Part shown: positions 25,830-40,436 of the stretch, in pieces
Numbering within the stretch: the stretch's first letter is position 1
Layout of the letters: every line of letters begins with the position of its first letter
Assembly (NCBI GenBank): GCA_028534125.1
Contig: CM052818.1
Coordinates: 40,984,001 to 41,048,000, forward strand
DNA: 64,000 nucleotides
Direction of reading: 5' to 3'
Source: Lama glama
Lineage: Eukaryota
Notes under the pieces: generated by a model
The model's database searches: none
Seen by the model: only the letters and a program-made list of their open reading frames with translations
What the model was told of the DNA's origin: nothing
Position numbers and translations under genes: made by a program

Positions 25830-26830
25830 AGTTTAATAAAACATACTGAGTTTTTATGTTAAGAACATCTTTTAACATAATAGGAGCTTACATTTTTTAT
25901 GTAATCAAATGACTACTCTTTTATAGTTTCTTGATAGTTTATTTCCTAGTACATCCAGGTTATAGCTCCTAGATTTTTTCCAAGACTTAAAAATTTGAAG
26001 TCTTCAATAAATCTGGAATACATTTTATATAGTGTGAGATAGGGATCCAAATTTGTTTACCTCTAAATGGACAATCAGTTGTACCAGTGCTATTTATTAA
26101 ATGAACTACACTATTCTCACTAAATTAAAAATGCAACCTTTGGTAATTAAATTGGTAATTAAAATTAAATTAATTGGTAATTAAAATCTCATGAAAAAAT
26201 GAGATATTTTTGTGGATTCTCTATTTTGTTCCACTGGTCTATTTGCTTATTCCTATACCATATTAATTTCATTATGATGCTAGTATGTTCTGACACCTGG
26301 TCAGAGTGTTCTTTTTGATGTCTTTCTTGGCTAGTTAGTCTTGAAAATGTAGTCTTCCATAGCTTTAAAACTTTAAAATCAGGCTAAACAACTTAATGTC
26401 TAAAACAAAAAATTTTTGTGGCATTATAATTGTTATAATAATATTTATATTTGTAAATATATATTTTATGCTGTTTTTTATTTGTTGTTATATTTTCTGT
26501 TCTTCAATAAGACTTTATAGCTGTCATCCATAAGGCACTTTGCTGCCTTTCCTAAATATTTTAATCCTAAATATTTTACCATCATGGTTGCTATTGTACA
26601 CAGAATATTTTTCCAATTTTCATTTCTGAAGGCTTTTTTGATAGACTAAAAGAAAAGACTATTTGTTTTTATAATTTATCTTATATCCAGTCTCCTTTTT
26701 AAATATTTATTAATTTTTGTTTATACTTGAAACTTTGGATTTTTCCCTAAATATACTCAGCAAAAAAATGATCGCTTAAGCTCTTTCCCAATGTTTAGTC
26801 TGCTTATTTTATTTTCTAATCTGTCGCTTT
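25830..26830 (-). mobile_element. Old L1M fragment (antisense, T-rich)
   Basis: Degenerate antisense L1 ORF2 motifs (CTCTATTTTGTTCCACTGGTCTATTTG). Includes a local TTGGTAATTAAA micro-duplication at about 26140-26185. Confidence 0.6.
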
Positions 26831-27369
26831 TGCACAAATAAAGAACAATAGAAATCTTTCATTTTTTTCTGAGAGAAGGCAAGGTATAAATATACAGATA
26901 TAAATCTGTATCTATTCCTGAGAAAAGTGGCTCATTGCAAGATTTTTGCCCTATAACACACTTATACTACTTTAAAATTCTATGAAATCTACCTATGACA
27001 TTCAGTAATAGTAGGTAGAGCTGAAAGGATCTTAGAGACATCTGAGTTTAACCTTACTCATTCTACATATGATAAAACTGAGGCCCAGCAAGAGAAAGTG
27101 ATGCAACCAAGATGAAAAGCCAGAAGCAGAGCCCAGGCAAGAACACCCAAGATGTTATGACCCCTGGAACAATGCTCTTTATAAAAGACATTGTTGATTA
27201 GATCTTTAGGTGTGAATTTAAAACACTGGGGTTTTTGGGGTGATTTTTTATATTACATTAAAAAAAACAACTTGATAATCTAAATTAAAATATTTATTAT
27301 AACTTGAAAATTGTATTATTACTAGTCAGCAGAAGCTTTCCGTTTCCTTGAAAATCCTTTTTTTTTCCT

Positions 27370-27752
27370 TCCTTAATAATAAAACCCCTAATTTATAGCA
27401 GGAGTTTTGCTAAATGTAACTAAATTCTGGCCAATGGCATGTATGCCAATTATCACGTCTAACTTAGGGAAGGGTCCTTAAAAGGGAAGGAAGCATCTTC
27501 ATCCCCCCTTCCTACTTTACTGACAGCATATGTGATGGCTGCAACCACACTGGATCATGAGACAAGTTAAGGATGGGGGAGGTAAAGGGAAGAAGGAATC
27601 TGGAGTCCCTGAGAACTTTGTGAAGTTCCCCTACCAGCCTTGGGCTGACCATCTCTGGATTTCTTTATATAAGTGAGAAATAATCTCTTTTATTTAAGCC
27701 ACTGTTATTTGGTATTTTCTATCATTTTAAGCTGAATCTAATTCTAACCAAT
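27370..27752 (+). mobile_element. Old MaLR LTR (MLT1J/K-like)
   Basis: 3' end GTGAGAAATAATCTCTTTTATTTAAGCCACTGTTATTTGG...TCTAACCAAT is typical of MLT1. Confidence 0.65.
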
Positions 27753-27909
27753 TTGTCAGCAAAGTATAAGGCTGCGAGATCTTGCTCAAAAAAAAAAAGC
27801 ATAGTAGATATTTAATAGAATTCTGGTTATAGTCTTGAGAGCTTTAAATTGAAAATAATGATCATAATAATGATAATGATAATAACAGCTATGTATTGAC
27901 TACCGTCGG

Positions 27910-28100
27910 CAGACTGTGGAGAGCAGTTAAGAAATGGACTTTAAAGTCAGACTTTCTGGTGTTGCCATTTATTGGCTCTGTGACTGTGGGCATGTCACTT
28001 ACTGCTTCTAAGTCCCTATTTTCTGTTTTTTATAGTCAGAACAATAAAAATTCTTCATGTGAGTTGTGAGCATTAGAAAAATAAATGCATGTAATGAAGT
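27910..28100 (+). mobile_element. MIR SINE
   Basis: GCAGTTAAGAAATGGACTTTAAAGTCAGAC...TGTGACTGTGGGCATGTCACTT, MIR-like. Confidence 0.6.
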
Positions 28101-31100
28101 CAATATAAATTAACCACATGTAGTGTTATTGATCTTTTCATTAAAGCCATCATTACTACCACCTCTAAATTCCAGGTATCAAATGATACTTACGTGGCAA
28201 TGTTTATTGCCACATGATAATACTGTCACATACGTATCATTATCTAAATTCTATGATAAAATAATTCATATAATTCAGAATATTTAGTGACAGAGCCTGA
28301 TTACAAAATCCACATTTCTTTCCAATATACCGTTCTCGTATCATTTGCTAAATATTCTATAACCCTTTAACACACTGTCAAGACACATGTATTTGAAAGT
28401 ATTTTCTTGCCATTATTGTATACTTTGCTTTGGCTCCTACTCCCCTTCCCCATTGTCTAGCTAATTCCTAGTCGTGGTCCCTGAAGTTACCCCACCTCCA
28501 GCCCTCACCCAATGGAGGCTTGGGTTTGTGTGCCCCAGAAGTCTCTCATGATTGTTCTTATTAGACTGTCTCCATCACTTTTACTGAGCTCTGAGAGGGC
28601 ACAAACAAGGTCTCATATCCTCAGAGTACACAGTAAGTGCTTAATAAATATTTGTTAAATCAATGAAAACCACTTTTAACTTCAGGAACTGTAGAGGCAC
28701 TTGGGCAAGTTTAAAGACCCAGCTGTCTACATCACATGGAAACAATCAAGGGGGGTTGGGAGGAGTACTTGGACACACAGGTGCTTGTAGATTTCTTCAT
28801 CTGGAGACTGTTCTAGTGACCTGTGCGTCAGAGTGTGGTTTTCTTGGAGATACACTGATATCAAAAGCCCTCTTGTCCTCGTTATTGGGGGTCTTGTGAA
28901 TAATGGATGAAGTGGGAGACGCTAAAACCTGGGAGCGGGGCCCATTCCCCTCTTCTCAAAGAGAAATACAACAGTCATCCTTCTCAAGGGCCAGCCATTG
29001 TAAACACGACTGAGTAGCAATCCCAGGAGGCTGAGTTGGAAATCTAGACCTCGGTGGATTTCCCTGGAATCTGCTACTTCAAGCAGCTCAAAATAGGCCT
29101 CCCTGTTGCATGTCCTTACAGCATTGTGTATTTTTCTTCCATGCTACTTAATCTTATTTGTAATTGTATGCTATTTTGTGATTATTTGTTTAATTTCTGT
29201 TTCCCTAACTGGATTCTGATCTCCACGAGGACAGGGATTGTGGCTGTTTTAGTTCACGTTCTATATCTAGTACTAGGCAAAGGATAGGTGTTCAACAGGT
29301 ATTTGTTGAAAGAATGAGGGAATTGATGAAACAGAGAGATGGCACTTCAATGTAAAAGCAACAGTGAATATAAAAGCAGCAAGGTGAAGGAAGTGAGAAG
29401 GGCACAGATTGGCCTCAGAGTGTAGAGCGATCACTTACAAACTGCAGGACTTCAGGCAAATTATTTCATCCTTGTGTCAATTTCTTCACCTAAAGTAGAG
29501 CTAATATTATCTCATTGAATTGTTGTGAAAATGAGTGAGATAATATGTGTGCAAAGTACCTGTGCAGTTATTGGCACAGAGAGATGGTAAGTGGCATGAG
29601 TGTTTACAAACACTGCACATCTCAGCAGGCAGTCATCTTCTTTTTCCCTTCTTTGGGGAGTTTTGGAACATTTGAATGTCATCAGGTGTAAAACTCTGTG
29701 AACCCAGATGAGTGAACTCTGGCAGATGTAAGGGTCTTTTGCCCCTGGAATATCTTCCCCATACAGCCAGAACTTCCCACCTCTCTATTTCAACTCTTAG
29801 ACAAGTATTTGGGACCCCTAGGTATCTACTGATTCATTCAGTGTGTATTTATTGAGCATCTGTGGTATATTTACCAGTGAACTTGGTTCTGAGAATACAA
29901 TGGTGAAATAGAAGTTGAGTCTAAGGGCTTTGTTCTGTAAATAAGACCTATGAGCCTTAATTATTCACATATCACTGTAAATAATAACGATAATTATCTG
30001 ATATTGCACATTCTCTCTATCCCCAGCTCTGCCTGAGGTATGCCGCAAGCATAATCTGATTTAATCTTTATGATGACTATACAAAGTAGACTTTCCATTT
30101 TTAGGCAAGGAAACAGAAGCCACGGCAACTAGCGTGTGATAATGTTGGGGTTTGAATTCACGTCTGTGTGATGCTACAGCCATGATTTTCCTTCTACCAC
30201 GATGTTTGGAAGTCAATCACTTTTAGTGGTCTAATTGATTTAAGAAGTAATGAATTGGCATTATTTTATAATTTACTTTCTTTTATTAGGCTGTTCACTT
30301 TAATAAATACGGTTCTTATAACTGATGTAAAATATAAGTCCGTAAATGCTGGGTTTTCACACTGCCTGCATTTGGTACAGGAATCATTTAAAAATAACCT
30401 TAAAATAGGAGCAAAAGTCAGGATCAAGGAGTTTTGCTTTGAGACCAGGAGTGCCAAATTCATGGACCTTGAACACTGTAAGACCATGCATGTGCTTATA
30501 TTGGCCAATTTGCTCCATGCTATGTTTAAAAACGCAACCATAGTAGACAGGTCTTCTGATTGGTCAAAATGCCATCATTTTAACACGCATTTGACACCTG
30601 CCCTACTTTGTTTAGCTTCTGCTTTAGACCATGAGCTTCTTGAAGGCAGACATTTGTCTTAAGGATCTCTGAATCCCTGGAATCAAACTCAGTCTCTGGC
30701 ATATGGTAGAAGTAGAGGGGTGTTTGCCATATGAGTAAGCGAAATTCTGTTGAGAGCCTCCTAGCCTCCTGGGAGTGCCAAAGTGGGGCACAGGGCTGGC
30801 CTGGGACAGAACAAACTCTGAAATGTAGAAAACTTGTCATTCACCACCTCCTGGGAGCCAAACAGTCTTATATTTAGTCCCTTCTAACAAAATTTGCTTT
30901 CAAGAAAAAAAGCCAGACATTTATTTAATCTAAAACATATATGAGTGAATTCTGTTTTAAAGCACCCAACTATGTTCCGTGATGCCGCTTAGATGTATGG
31001 ACCTAAGAGAGATCCAAAGATTAATAAGGCCCTGTGTCAGCTTTCTGGGAATTCACAGAGGAGTGGGAAGAGTACACTAGAAATGACAGTGAAGAAGAGG

Positions 31101-32759
31101 ATGATAGTGGTGGCAGTAGTAATACTACTAAAGGCAAAGCATGCTATTAAAAACTGTAGAAAACAACGTTCTGAGATCTCAGCCTCGATAAGGCCCTCTT
31201 TCCTATTTCCTGCTCCAAAACAAGGTGAGAGAAGTGATGAAATTTCAGGCAGCTGTAGGTAGGTTTTGCTCAGAAGAAGCCTTTCAGAGCTTCTGAAAGG
31301 AATGCAGCCACCTGCTCATAAAGTGGGCCCTGAAAACTACTACCTATTTTAGATAAAGTTTCCACAAAGGACTAAACGTTATGACTCCTCAGGCCTAGTA
31401 TTTCTCTAGGATCCCATTCTCCGTCAGTAATCAGCAAAGCCTAGGTTCCAAGAAATTACTCATTCTGCTAGAGGTGCCCAGAAATCTACACCAAGGACAT
31501 TGTCCAGGACATCCTTAAAACGGCAGTGAACTTTGTGCACAAAGATGTTCCCTTCAGTGGTATTTAAAAAGTTAAAATGTGTAACAGTAGGAGAATGGTG
31601 AAGTTAAACCTCACTCATACATATGATGGTGTGTAATGTCTTAAAATTACCTTTGTGAAGAGTTTTAATCGCAAGGGTGGTGTCAAGGGGAAAAAAAAGT
31701 ACAACACAAATTTTAAAGTAATAAGTAGTCTTAATTAGAAAACAGGAGAAAAATACAACCTATAAATAACAGACTGTAGGTGATTTTCATTCTTTTTCTG
31801 ATTTTTCTTTTGTTTTGCTTTCTAAATTCTCTACAATGAGTAAGTATTTTTCTACCTACTTAGAAAAAGTACTCAAAAAGAGCAAATCCTTGGCTTTCAG
31901 TGAAATTCATTTAAGAGCTGTCACATAAGAATAGAGACTTGAAGTACCAAATATTTGTTCAATGAATTATCTGGAATGCCAGCAGCAGCCCTCTTTAGTT
32001 CTAGTTTTTAGTTTTGTCAAATGAGTATTTTTTAACTAGATTTTTAAAAAAGCTTTTTAAAAGAAAAAACTAATCTTTGTCTCCTTCACTTAATTAAAAA
32101 AGAAAAATTTTGCACCCATATCTAATTCAAGACAACCACAAAATTGGAATAGTCTCACTGTTATAATGAGGCAAACTCAATTACCATGATAACAATGAGT
32201 GAGTCCAAGTTAGTTTCAAATTCAGAGAAATAGTGTGATTCTTGGCTATCTACCACAGGAACCATTAAGCACAATTCAGAGAAGCTAGCTGGAATGCTGT
32301 ATGAATTTTTGGCCTGCCTTCTATTATATCATCTCCCAGTGAATTCCAATTCACAGATAATATAACCTTACAGACCTATGACAAAAATCTAAGTACTCCT
32401 TACCAGCAACCTCTGGTTGGCATTTTAGGAAATGGCTCCAACATAACATAGAAGAAAACTGCTGACTTTCACATTTTCTAAATAAGCAGGTATAAGCTCT
32501 ACAAGAACATTACGTTACTGTCATTGGGCTATGAGCCTTTATAAATACAATGTTCTGAACCCTAACATCCATATTCTACATAAAGTACCCATTAACTTCA
32601 CAAATGGCTTTAGATGTACCCAGTTCGAGAGACAGCCTGTCAGCTATACTCAGTTCTATACTTCTTCATTATGAATTCATTGAATTTCTCAATTTAAATT
32701 AAAGGCTCTGAGAACAGCAAATACTACCTCATTATTAAAAAAAACTGAGTATCAATTAA

Positions 32760-32940
32760 ATATAGGTTTCTGCTAGGCATTTAATATGTATTGTTTCTGG
32801 TTTTTACAACAATTTTGTGAGACAGGTTATAATTTAAAATTGGCAAATGAGAAGACTGAGGCTCAGAGACATTAAATTATTTGCCTAAGGCCACACAGCC
32901 ATTAAACGGAGTCAGAATTCAAATTTGGCTCTGATTTATT
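32760..32940 (-). mobile_element. MIR SINE
   Basis: ATGAGAAGACTGAGGCTCAGAGA...TTGCCTAAGGCCACACAGC core. Confidence 0.75.
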
Positions 32941-33734
32941 GTCCAATATTATTTCCATTTTCCCATGTTGCCAAGTCTGATCTTTAGGTTATTTAGATAA
33001 TCTTATTCAGAAATTCTATTTCATACCCTAAGAAAACCGGGACCTCGAGGAATAAAGTGACTTGCCCAAGTTCATAGGAACAAAAAACCCCTCAAATCTG
33101 AATCACATTAATTGCCTCTTTGTGTTTTTAAAATTATACTACCTCTGTAAAGTTATATTAACCTCTGCTAACGTGATATCACATTTTAATTTTTTCTATT
33201 ATTTTTAATTGACATGAAGTTAAAAATATCTTACAATATTGTCATTTTTCTGAATTTGAGATCATTTTAACGTCACAAATTTCTTTCCTTTTCATGTGGG
33301 AAACCATACAGAACATGTCAGTGGGGAGGACTCAGAGCCATTAATCACTAGCCACTTTGGCACAACGGTGGTCAAATTTCCAATCCAGAAACAAAATGAG
33401 AGTGATCTCAAGAGATCAGTAGCCAAAGCACGCCAAGAAGGTTCCTCAAGCTTCTTGGCCTAGTGCTCCATTTTTTTCTTTTAATTTTTTTTTTTTTTTT
33501 TTTTTTTTAGGAAAAGAAACTAATATTCACTGGAGACCTTGTACCAGAGACTGTTCTAAGTACTTTTATAGACCTTATGTTATTAATCCTTGCAGTCAAT
33601 CTCAGGAATATACTTTTCATTTTCCAAAAGTTAGGTAACTTGTTCAGAGCATCTAGAATTATCTTTGAAGCCATGTACATTTTATCCATACCATACTTCC
33701 CTCTAGTGAAAAGCATGTCTTACATAAAACAGGC

Positions 33735-34105
33735 GTGATCTGCTAGCCTACTGGGATGCCTAGACCTTATTTGGATCCTGATTCAGATAGACTATAGCAG
33801 TACTTACGAGTTTGGAACATTGACTAGGTATTTGATGATGGTAAGTAATTTTTTGGGTGTATAATAATATTGTGAACATGTTTTAAAGAGTCCTTATAGA
33901 TATATATTTAAATATTTATAGATGCAATGATATTATGTCTTAATTTAAGTCATTGGAGGGGAAGGATGGCTATGGAAGTGAAGCAAAGTAGCTTTAATAA
34001 TGGTTAAAGCTGGGTGATGGGTACATGGGTGTTCATTATATGATTCTCTTCAAATTTGTATGATTTCTATAACAAAAAGTTTTTTGAAAAAAGGAAAAAA
34101 AAAAG
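33735..34105 (+). mobile_element. L1MC-like 3' UTR fragment with A tail
   Basis: ACCTTATTTGGATCCTGATTCA...GCTGGGTGATGGGTACATGGGTGTTCATTATA followed by an A-rich tail. Confidence 0.65.
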
Positions 34106-34109
34106 CCTG

Positions 34110-34310
34110 TGTAGATATGCAGAGAGAGTCCTGGATTTAAGTAACTCCTTTATCACTTAGTAGCTGTGTGATCTTGAACAAATTACCTTCTGAGACACAC
34201 AGTTTCTTAGTCATAAAATGAAACTGACTCTGCAGACACTTACCTTGCAGAGCTGTAATGTGGATTCAATGAAGTAACACGTGTCACTGTGCAACGCAGT
34301 GCCCTACTCA
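34110..34310 (+). mobile_element. MIR SINE
   Basis: CACTTAGTAGCTGTGTGATCTTGAACAAATTAC...CAGTTTCTT core. Confidence 0.7.
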
Positions 34311-36070
34311 CCCTAAATTCTTTACACCATTACTATTTAATGTTATCACCACGCATAAATTATCTCTGCTTTCATTTCTTGCTCTCCTGATTTAACCTAA
34401 AGATAACTTCCAACATTCGCATAAATCTGATAGTGGTTAAGAGCCAAAGATAAATAAGATAAGCCCTCGGTGTCCATGGTCATCTATAGAGCACTTCTTT
34501 GGAAGAATATCATTCTTTTCCAGGTTCTCCTGTACCATTAGTGACCTGGATCCAGACCACCTTCCTGTGCCACTCCAGTTTACACCAGTTTCTTCTTCCT
34601 AATACCTTATACCAGCAATTCTGGCCTATATCTCTTGTTTTATGAATGAATCATAGGCCATATTGTATTGTTCCTTTTATAACCGGTATCGAATGGGTTG
34701 GCTAGATTTTATTTTCTCATCACTGCCTCAAATATGCTCTCCTGTGTCTCCCTTTCCCATTCTGGGATGATATATTGGGCCGATCTATATCTTTTCAGGT
34801 CACTTTCAGGGATCAGAAAAGTGGTTGGTTCTAGGTATTAACAAATTCAGTCTAATTTAAATGTAAATTTCCACTATATATCCAACCCAATCTCTCCTTT
34901 CTCAGCTCACTTTTGAACTAAGCAGTGGAGAAGAGGTTGTAATCTGGTTTTTCATCCTGCTTGCATCCCTCCTCCATTGTCTGCTCTGCTGCTTCTAGGG
35001 AGGGGGCAAGAACAGGAGGGTACGCAGGAAATGGGAAAGTCTTACTTCACTAATACTAGTGTGACCTGGCCATCGACACCCTTTGTGAGTCTGATGTCCA
35101 AGTGCTGCTTCTCATAATTCTGGGTATCTGTGAGGTCTTTAATAGCTGGAGATTTGCAAACTCTACAATTTATTGATGGGGCCATGCGCAGTTGACTTGC
35201 TCCTACTCCTATTCAGCTGTCCTCCAGGGGGCCACCTCTCTAAAGGGGACCTCAAAATTTATCAGACATATCTCCTTTCAAGGGACTTCCAGTTTCATAG
35301 GTAACCTGGCACAAACACAAGTGACTGTGAGTCAGATGTGATAAGAGGCCTGAGAGGTAACTGTCAGCTAGAATGAGTAGGGAACAACTCCCAGGGAAGA
35401 ATCAGACTTTGATAATCAGGGCCGCGGAAGCTCACGAGAAATAATTGCCATTGTCCCTGAGGAGATGCCATTGTCCCTGTCGGCCTGCACTGAGAGGCAC
35501 AGAGCTTGTCCAAAGTGGATTCCCTTTGGACACATGCACATGTGGGTCTCTTCTTTTTCCCCAATCGGTTTTCACTGTCCTTATGTTGTTCAGATCTATA
35601 TACACATGATGAATCCAGGAATGAAGGCCCAGCTGCCCTCATAGACCTACCCCATCAGGATAAAAATCTCATTTCCAAAGCTTCCCTGCTGGAACAAACA
35701 CACGGGCATGACCATGGTTGCCTTTCTTCCCACTAGCGTCTCTCTGAAAACTGAGACATCTTTACGCCACTGAGAAAGGCTGTGGACCCAGCTATAGCAC
35801 AAGAAATCCTGAGACAAATAGAGAAGATAGCTCTCAAATATTAAGTAATTTAGGTTTTCTTTCCAGAATTTTTTTTTCAAAATAATTTTTTCAGTTTAAC
35901 TGTGTGAAGACCTGGTTACAGTTGCCATATATTTGTCATTCTATCCTAGGACCTGAGACAGGGGAGGCTAGGGGACAGGGGGCTTATTTTAGCAGATATA
36001 ACCTCAATGCAATGATCTGCACAAGATCAATACTTTGATTCTTAAATTATACACATTTTAAATCAAAGCT

Positions 36071-36213
36071 GGGGGGAGAGTATAGCAGTGGTAGAGTGTG
36101 TACTTAGCATGCACAAGGCCCTGGGTTCAATCCCCCGTGCCTCCTTTAAATAAACAAACAAACAAATGCACCTAATTACCTCCCCCCAAATTAATTAATT
36201 AATTAATTAAAAA
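36071..36213 (+). mobile_element. tRNA-derived SINE, Vic-1-like (camelid), second copy
   Basis: GGGGGGAGAGTATAGCAGTGGTAGAG...GGGTTCAATCCCC...CACCTAATTACCTCCCCCC. Same family as 24408-24587, with (TTAA)n tail. Confidence 0.85.
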
Positions 36214-39200
36214 TTTTTAAAGATAAACTAAAATTCTGAAGTTGAATGACAATCACAAATTTCTTACGATTACGTGGCACTATACGGTGTACAGAGTATG
36301 TTCAAAGTCATCTCAATCTCACAATAATTCCTAACTAGGGAGGGTAGGCAGTCCCATGTTTATTTTCACAGGACAAAACTAAAACTCAGAAAAGTAAAGC
36401 AACTTTTCCAGGGTTTCACACTTATAATAACTAACGCATAGTTGTGATGCCTCAAACGCACAATTAAGGACTCCTAGTCTTAGTGTACTTTCCATTACAT
36501 ACAGTTTAGTTTTCGTCCCTCTTTTCCAACTAGGGTCTTCAGAACGACAGTGAGATGGTAATTAACATATTTTAACATAAGTTCTCTGTGCAAACAGGTT
36601 TGGAAACAAGATTAAACAAAGCTGAACAGATACTAGGGTCTTTACAACAGGACCACTCAGGCTTATTAATATGAAAATGTGCACTGAAAATATTTAAGAA
36701 TGGGATGTAGGAAGCACTACTTGCCTCAAAAAAGGTTTCCACAGAACTCCTTGAGGGGAAGTAACTATGAGAGTCTTGGAAATAATTCCTTAAAGAAACA
36801 ATGTCTAAAATGTCCTTAGCACCAAATTTAAACCTTCCTTTTCAACTCTGCCATTTCACGTAGAATGAGAAAACTTTCAAAAGGCCTTCCTTTTAATGTC
36901 ATCTCACAAGCACTGATTTACAGTAAAGCTGTTTGCTCTTGAGTATTTTGCTTACAAATGTAAAATAATCTATGACAATACATTGAACTGACTGTGTACG
37001 TATCATGTATGTGTTTGAGTGTGTGTGTGTGTCTGGATGTGCACCACTCCCTCACTCCCACTTTGAGAGCCATTCTCCGCTCTTAGCCAACGGGCATTAG
37101 TGTCCGCTTCGACAAACAGACAAATGCTCTGAGAGGCTAACCCTGACTCAAATATGCTCTGCAGCAGGCACTGTGTGCTCCACTAAGCAGTCCCTTGCTG
37201 CCATTTATTTGATGTTACTTGATGGACATTTGATGGACAAAAAATCTGTAAGTGACAATGCTAGACCTGACACAAAGAAGTGAAGTAAGGATGTCATCAG
37301 AATGTTTCAAATGCACTCAAGTCACCTCGGAGGAAAAGGTAAAGGAAGGATAAAGTGGAAGACAATTAAAGGCTGGCAGATCTGCTCTGACATAATTTAT
37401 GAAGAGCCCTGTAAATCACTGGATGGGGGAGGATTGCTCATCGGTTGCACATTTAGTCATTAGGAGCTCTGGGAACTTCAGTAGGAGGCATGTCTTAAAT
37501 GAATGGAAGACTTTACCAAACAGATTCAGGAACACAGGTCTACACTAGGGTGTTGATTCAGTTAGTATACCTTCTCCAGGACCACACTCACCATGCTACC
37601 TGGAATATGTGTATTCTCTATTATTTAACCATCAGCAAGTTGGGACAAATATACTTGGAAAGAGCAGAACACTTAGAACGTGAGACCAGGAGAAATGGTG
37701 AAACGCGGGAGGGAAGGTAGAGGTCTGGAGGGGAAAGAAGAATTATTTATTATGCACTAAAGCTCTTTTAGGTGGTATATAAATATATATACGGTGTCCT
37801 CAATTTTCCTGTAAGGTAAATATACTATCCTGTTTTCCCATTTCCCAAGTGAGAAAAAAAGAAAGTTAATTATCAAATTAATTAAAACTAAAAGTCCTGC
37901 CTATTTCTGTGAATCATCCAAGACTCCAACTACACAAAAGAACCTCAGAATTTGTGTGCAACTTTTGTTGACTTCAAAGAGAGAAAAGGATGCTCCTTGT
38001 TATCTACAGATAAGAAATATACTTGAAATTCCCCTAGTAAACGGAGCAGGAATTGGGAGGAGGGAGGAAAAAGCTAGGGAGAAGTGAAAAGGCTCTTAGA
38101 AAAGCTAAAGACAATAAGGCCATTTTGGATTTGTGTGCACGTACGTGTAGAGGGGCTAGAAACAAGTTTTTGGTTCAGTAGGAAAGAGGAGTTGGTCGGT
38201 AAATTTTCCTCATTATAAAAGCCCTGCGAGGAAAGAATGAAAGAATAGATCATATGAGTCCTCCCACAGATACACACTGAAAGGTTAGTCATGAAATTAG
38301 TTGGAGTAATAAGGGAGGTGAATGGAGACTATCAGAAAGAAATTCCTGTTTTGGAAAGTTTATTAAAGGATAGAAGTATCATCGCATAATATTTAAACAA
38401 AGGCAGGGCTCTTGAAATGTTTTCACTGAGTTTCAGTGACCCCCTGGAAGCTTGGGTGGGAGACAAGGGCCACATTATTTAGCCACATTGGAAAATAATT
38501 AATAGAGAATCTTAAAATGTATCCAATAAAGAGACAAGCTTAAAAATGTGCTCTCAGTTCCGTATTCTGTTGTGTCCAAACATATGCTGGTATTATATGG
38601 TAGGGAGATGATGGCAAAGGAAAGGAAGAATGGAAAGAGGATGCACTTAAACAACGAATAAGAGAAATGGGAAGTTTGAGGTCTCAGTGTAGGCGTTTCT
38701 TCTAGAAATTCTCTCTTCTCTGCATCTACATCACCTTTTTATTTCATTTGACTTTACTGAATTGCACTTATCTTTCTCATTAGGCATAAATTCCTTGAAG
38801 GCTGAGATTGTATCTTATTTACTGTTGATCCCGCAGTGACTACACAGTGCTTGGCATATTTACTTAATAGACATTTGTTTTACAAGGTAGGTTAAGCACT
38901 GTTAACTGTTCACTGGTCATAGCTCAATTCCTTGTTCAGAGGTTCCATTATGAGGGGGATTACTACAACCCAGAGATGGAAGTGCTTCATGAACTATTGA
39001 TTTCCGATGAAAGGGGGATGATAATGATGATAATTATAACTATCATTTACTACACATTTTCAATAATGAGGCATTATATTATATTCTTTACATATATAGT
39101 CTTCTATTTTCTGTTCACAAATTCTGTGAATTGCTATTTTAAATGAAACCTGAGGTTGAGAGGTCAAACAACTTATTCAAGGTCATAGAACTAATAGACT

Positions 39201-40402
39201 ATGGAATTGGGGATTTTTATCTAAGTGTATCTAGCTTGAAAACTACTGCTTACATTTCCTCTCATAATTTCTTTTGAGCCAATTGAAACCTTGGTGAGAG
39301 CTGAGAAATTTCACTATTCACAAACTAAAGATGGGAGAAAACTGAATGGATGGTTTTCATCTCACTGTGAGGAATAAAGACTCATAAACATTTAAAAGAA
39401 AAACTAACAATTTTGCTTAGAGTTTAAACTTATTTCACAATTTCTTTTTTATTTCTCATGAAATTTCCCACATGAGCAGGAAAGCAAACACCAAGCACCT
39501 TACGTATAAATTTCAGAAACACTTGAACTTCTGGAATAAACAAAATGGATAGTCCTTCATTAACTTGTAACATCAAATGCCAAAGAATTCCAACAAACAG
39601 AAATTGTTAACTGAAAGCCAGACTTACATAGCACTATTTCATACATTAAAAATAAGATATTGTATTAATAAGTGTATCAACTTTATTGATAATGCTTAAT
39701 GGATCTCCAAAGGGAAATTTTTATTTAAGATTGGGTTTCAGCAAATCAGAAGTAATCACACTAGTCACAAATAAATAAAACCAAGCCAAAATATAAAACA
39801 CCAGAAACTCCAGTAGTACCAGAATCTACTATTCTAAGAAGTCTTCAACTGCAATAAACATTCTAAAGCCTGAAACAACAGAAATATTAGGATCTACTTG
39901 TTGGCGTTGGAAAAAATTCACCCAGGCTGCAAAGCACATTTAACATGTTAATAATTTGCAAAAAATCTATTTACATTCAGCTCTTCAAAAGTTCATAGTC
40001 TTTCAGAGCCTAAGAGATAATAAACAAGATCCAAAGAAAGGAGAAAAAATGCATTTAAAGTGACAGATTCCTGTTTTCAGAAAAGTCCCTATATGAGCAA
40101 GAATAAAGAGAAACTGGATTCATTCTATAGCTCTACAACAATTGCAAGTAAATTTAACTAATTTGTTAGCACTTTGCCTTTATGAGTAAAAGTTCATAAA
40201 AATGAAATCTTTTTAAATTAAGAGAGCCCCTACTTTAAAAAGTTCAGCAATTATTGTATTAGATATATTAAGCTTGAAAGCCACTTGAATGAGAGTACAC
40301 CAAGTTTATATTGCAATTTTGAACAGAAAGAAATAGATTGTTCACCTGAAAAGAATCCAATAAATGGTTAGAAATGCAGCACATTGTCTTTAAAAAAACG
40401 AA

Positions 40403-40404
<2 letters not shown>

Positions 40405-40435
<31 letters not shown>

Positions 40436-40436
40436 A
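40405..40436. repeat. (AAC)n microsatellite
   Basis: AAC trinucleotide run inside an A-rich tract. Confidence 0.9.
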
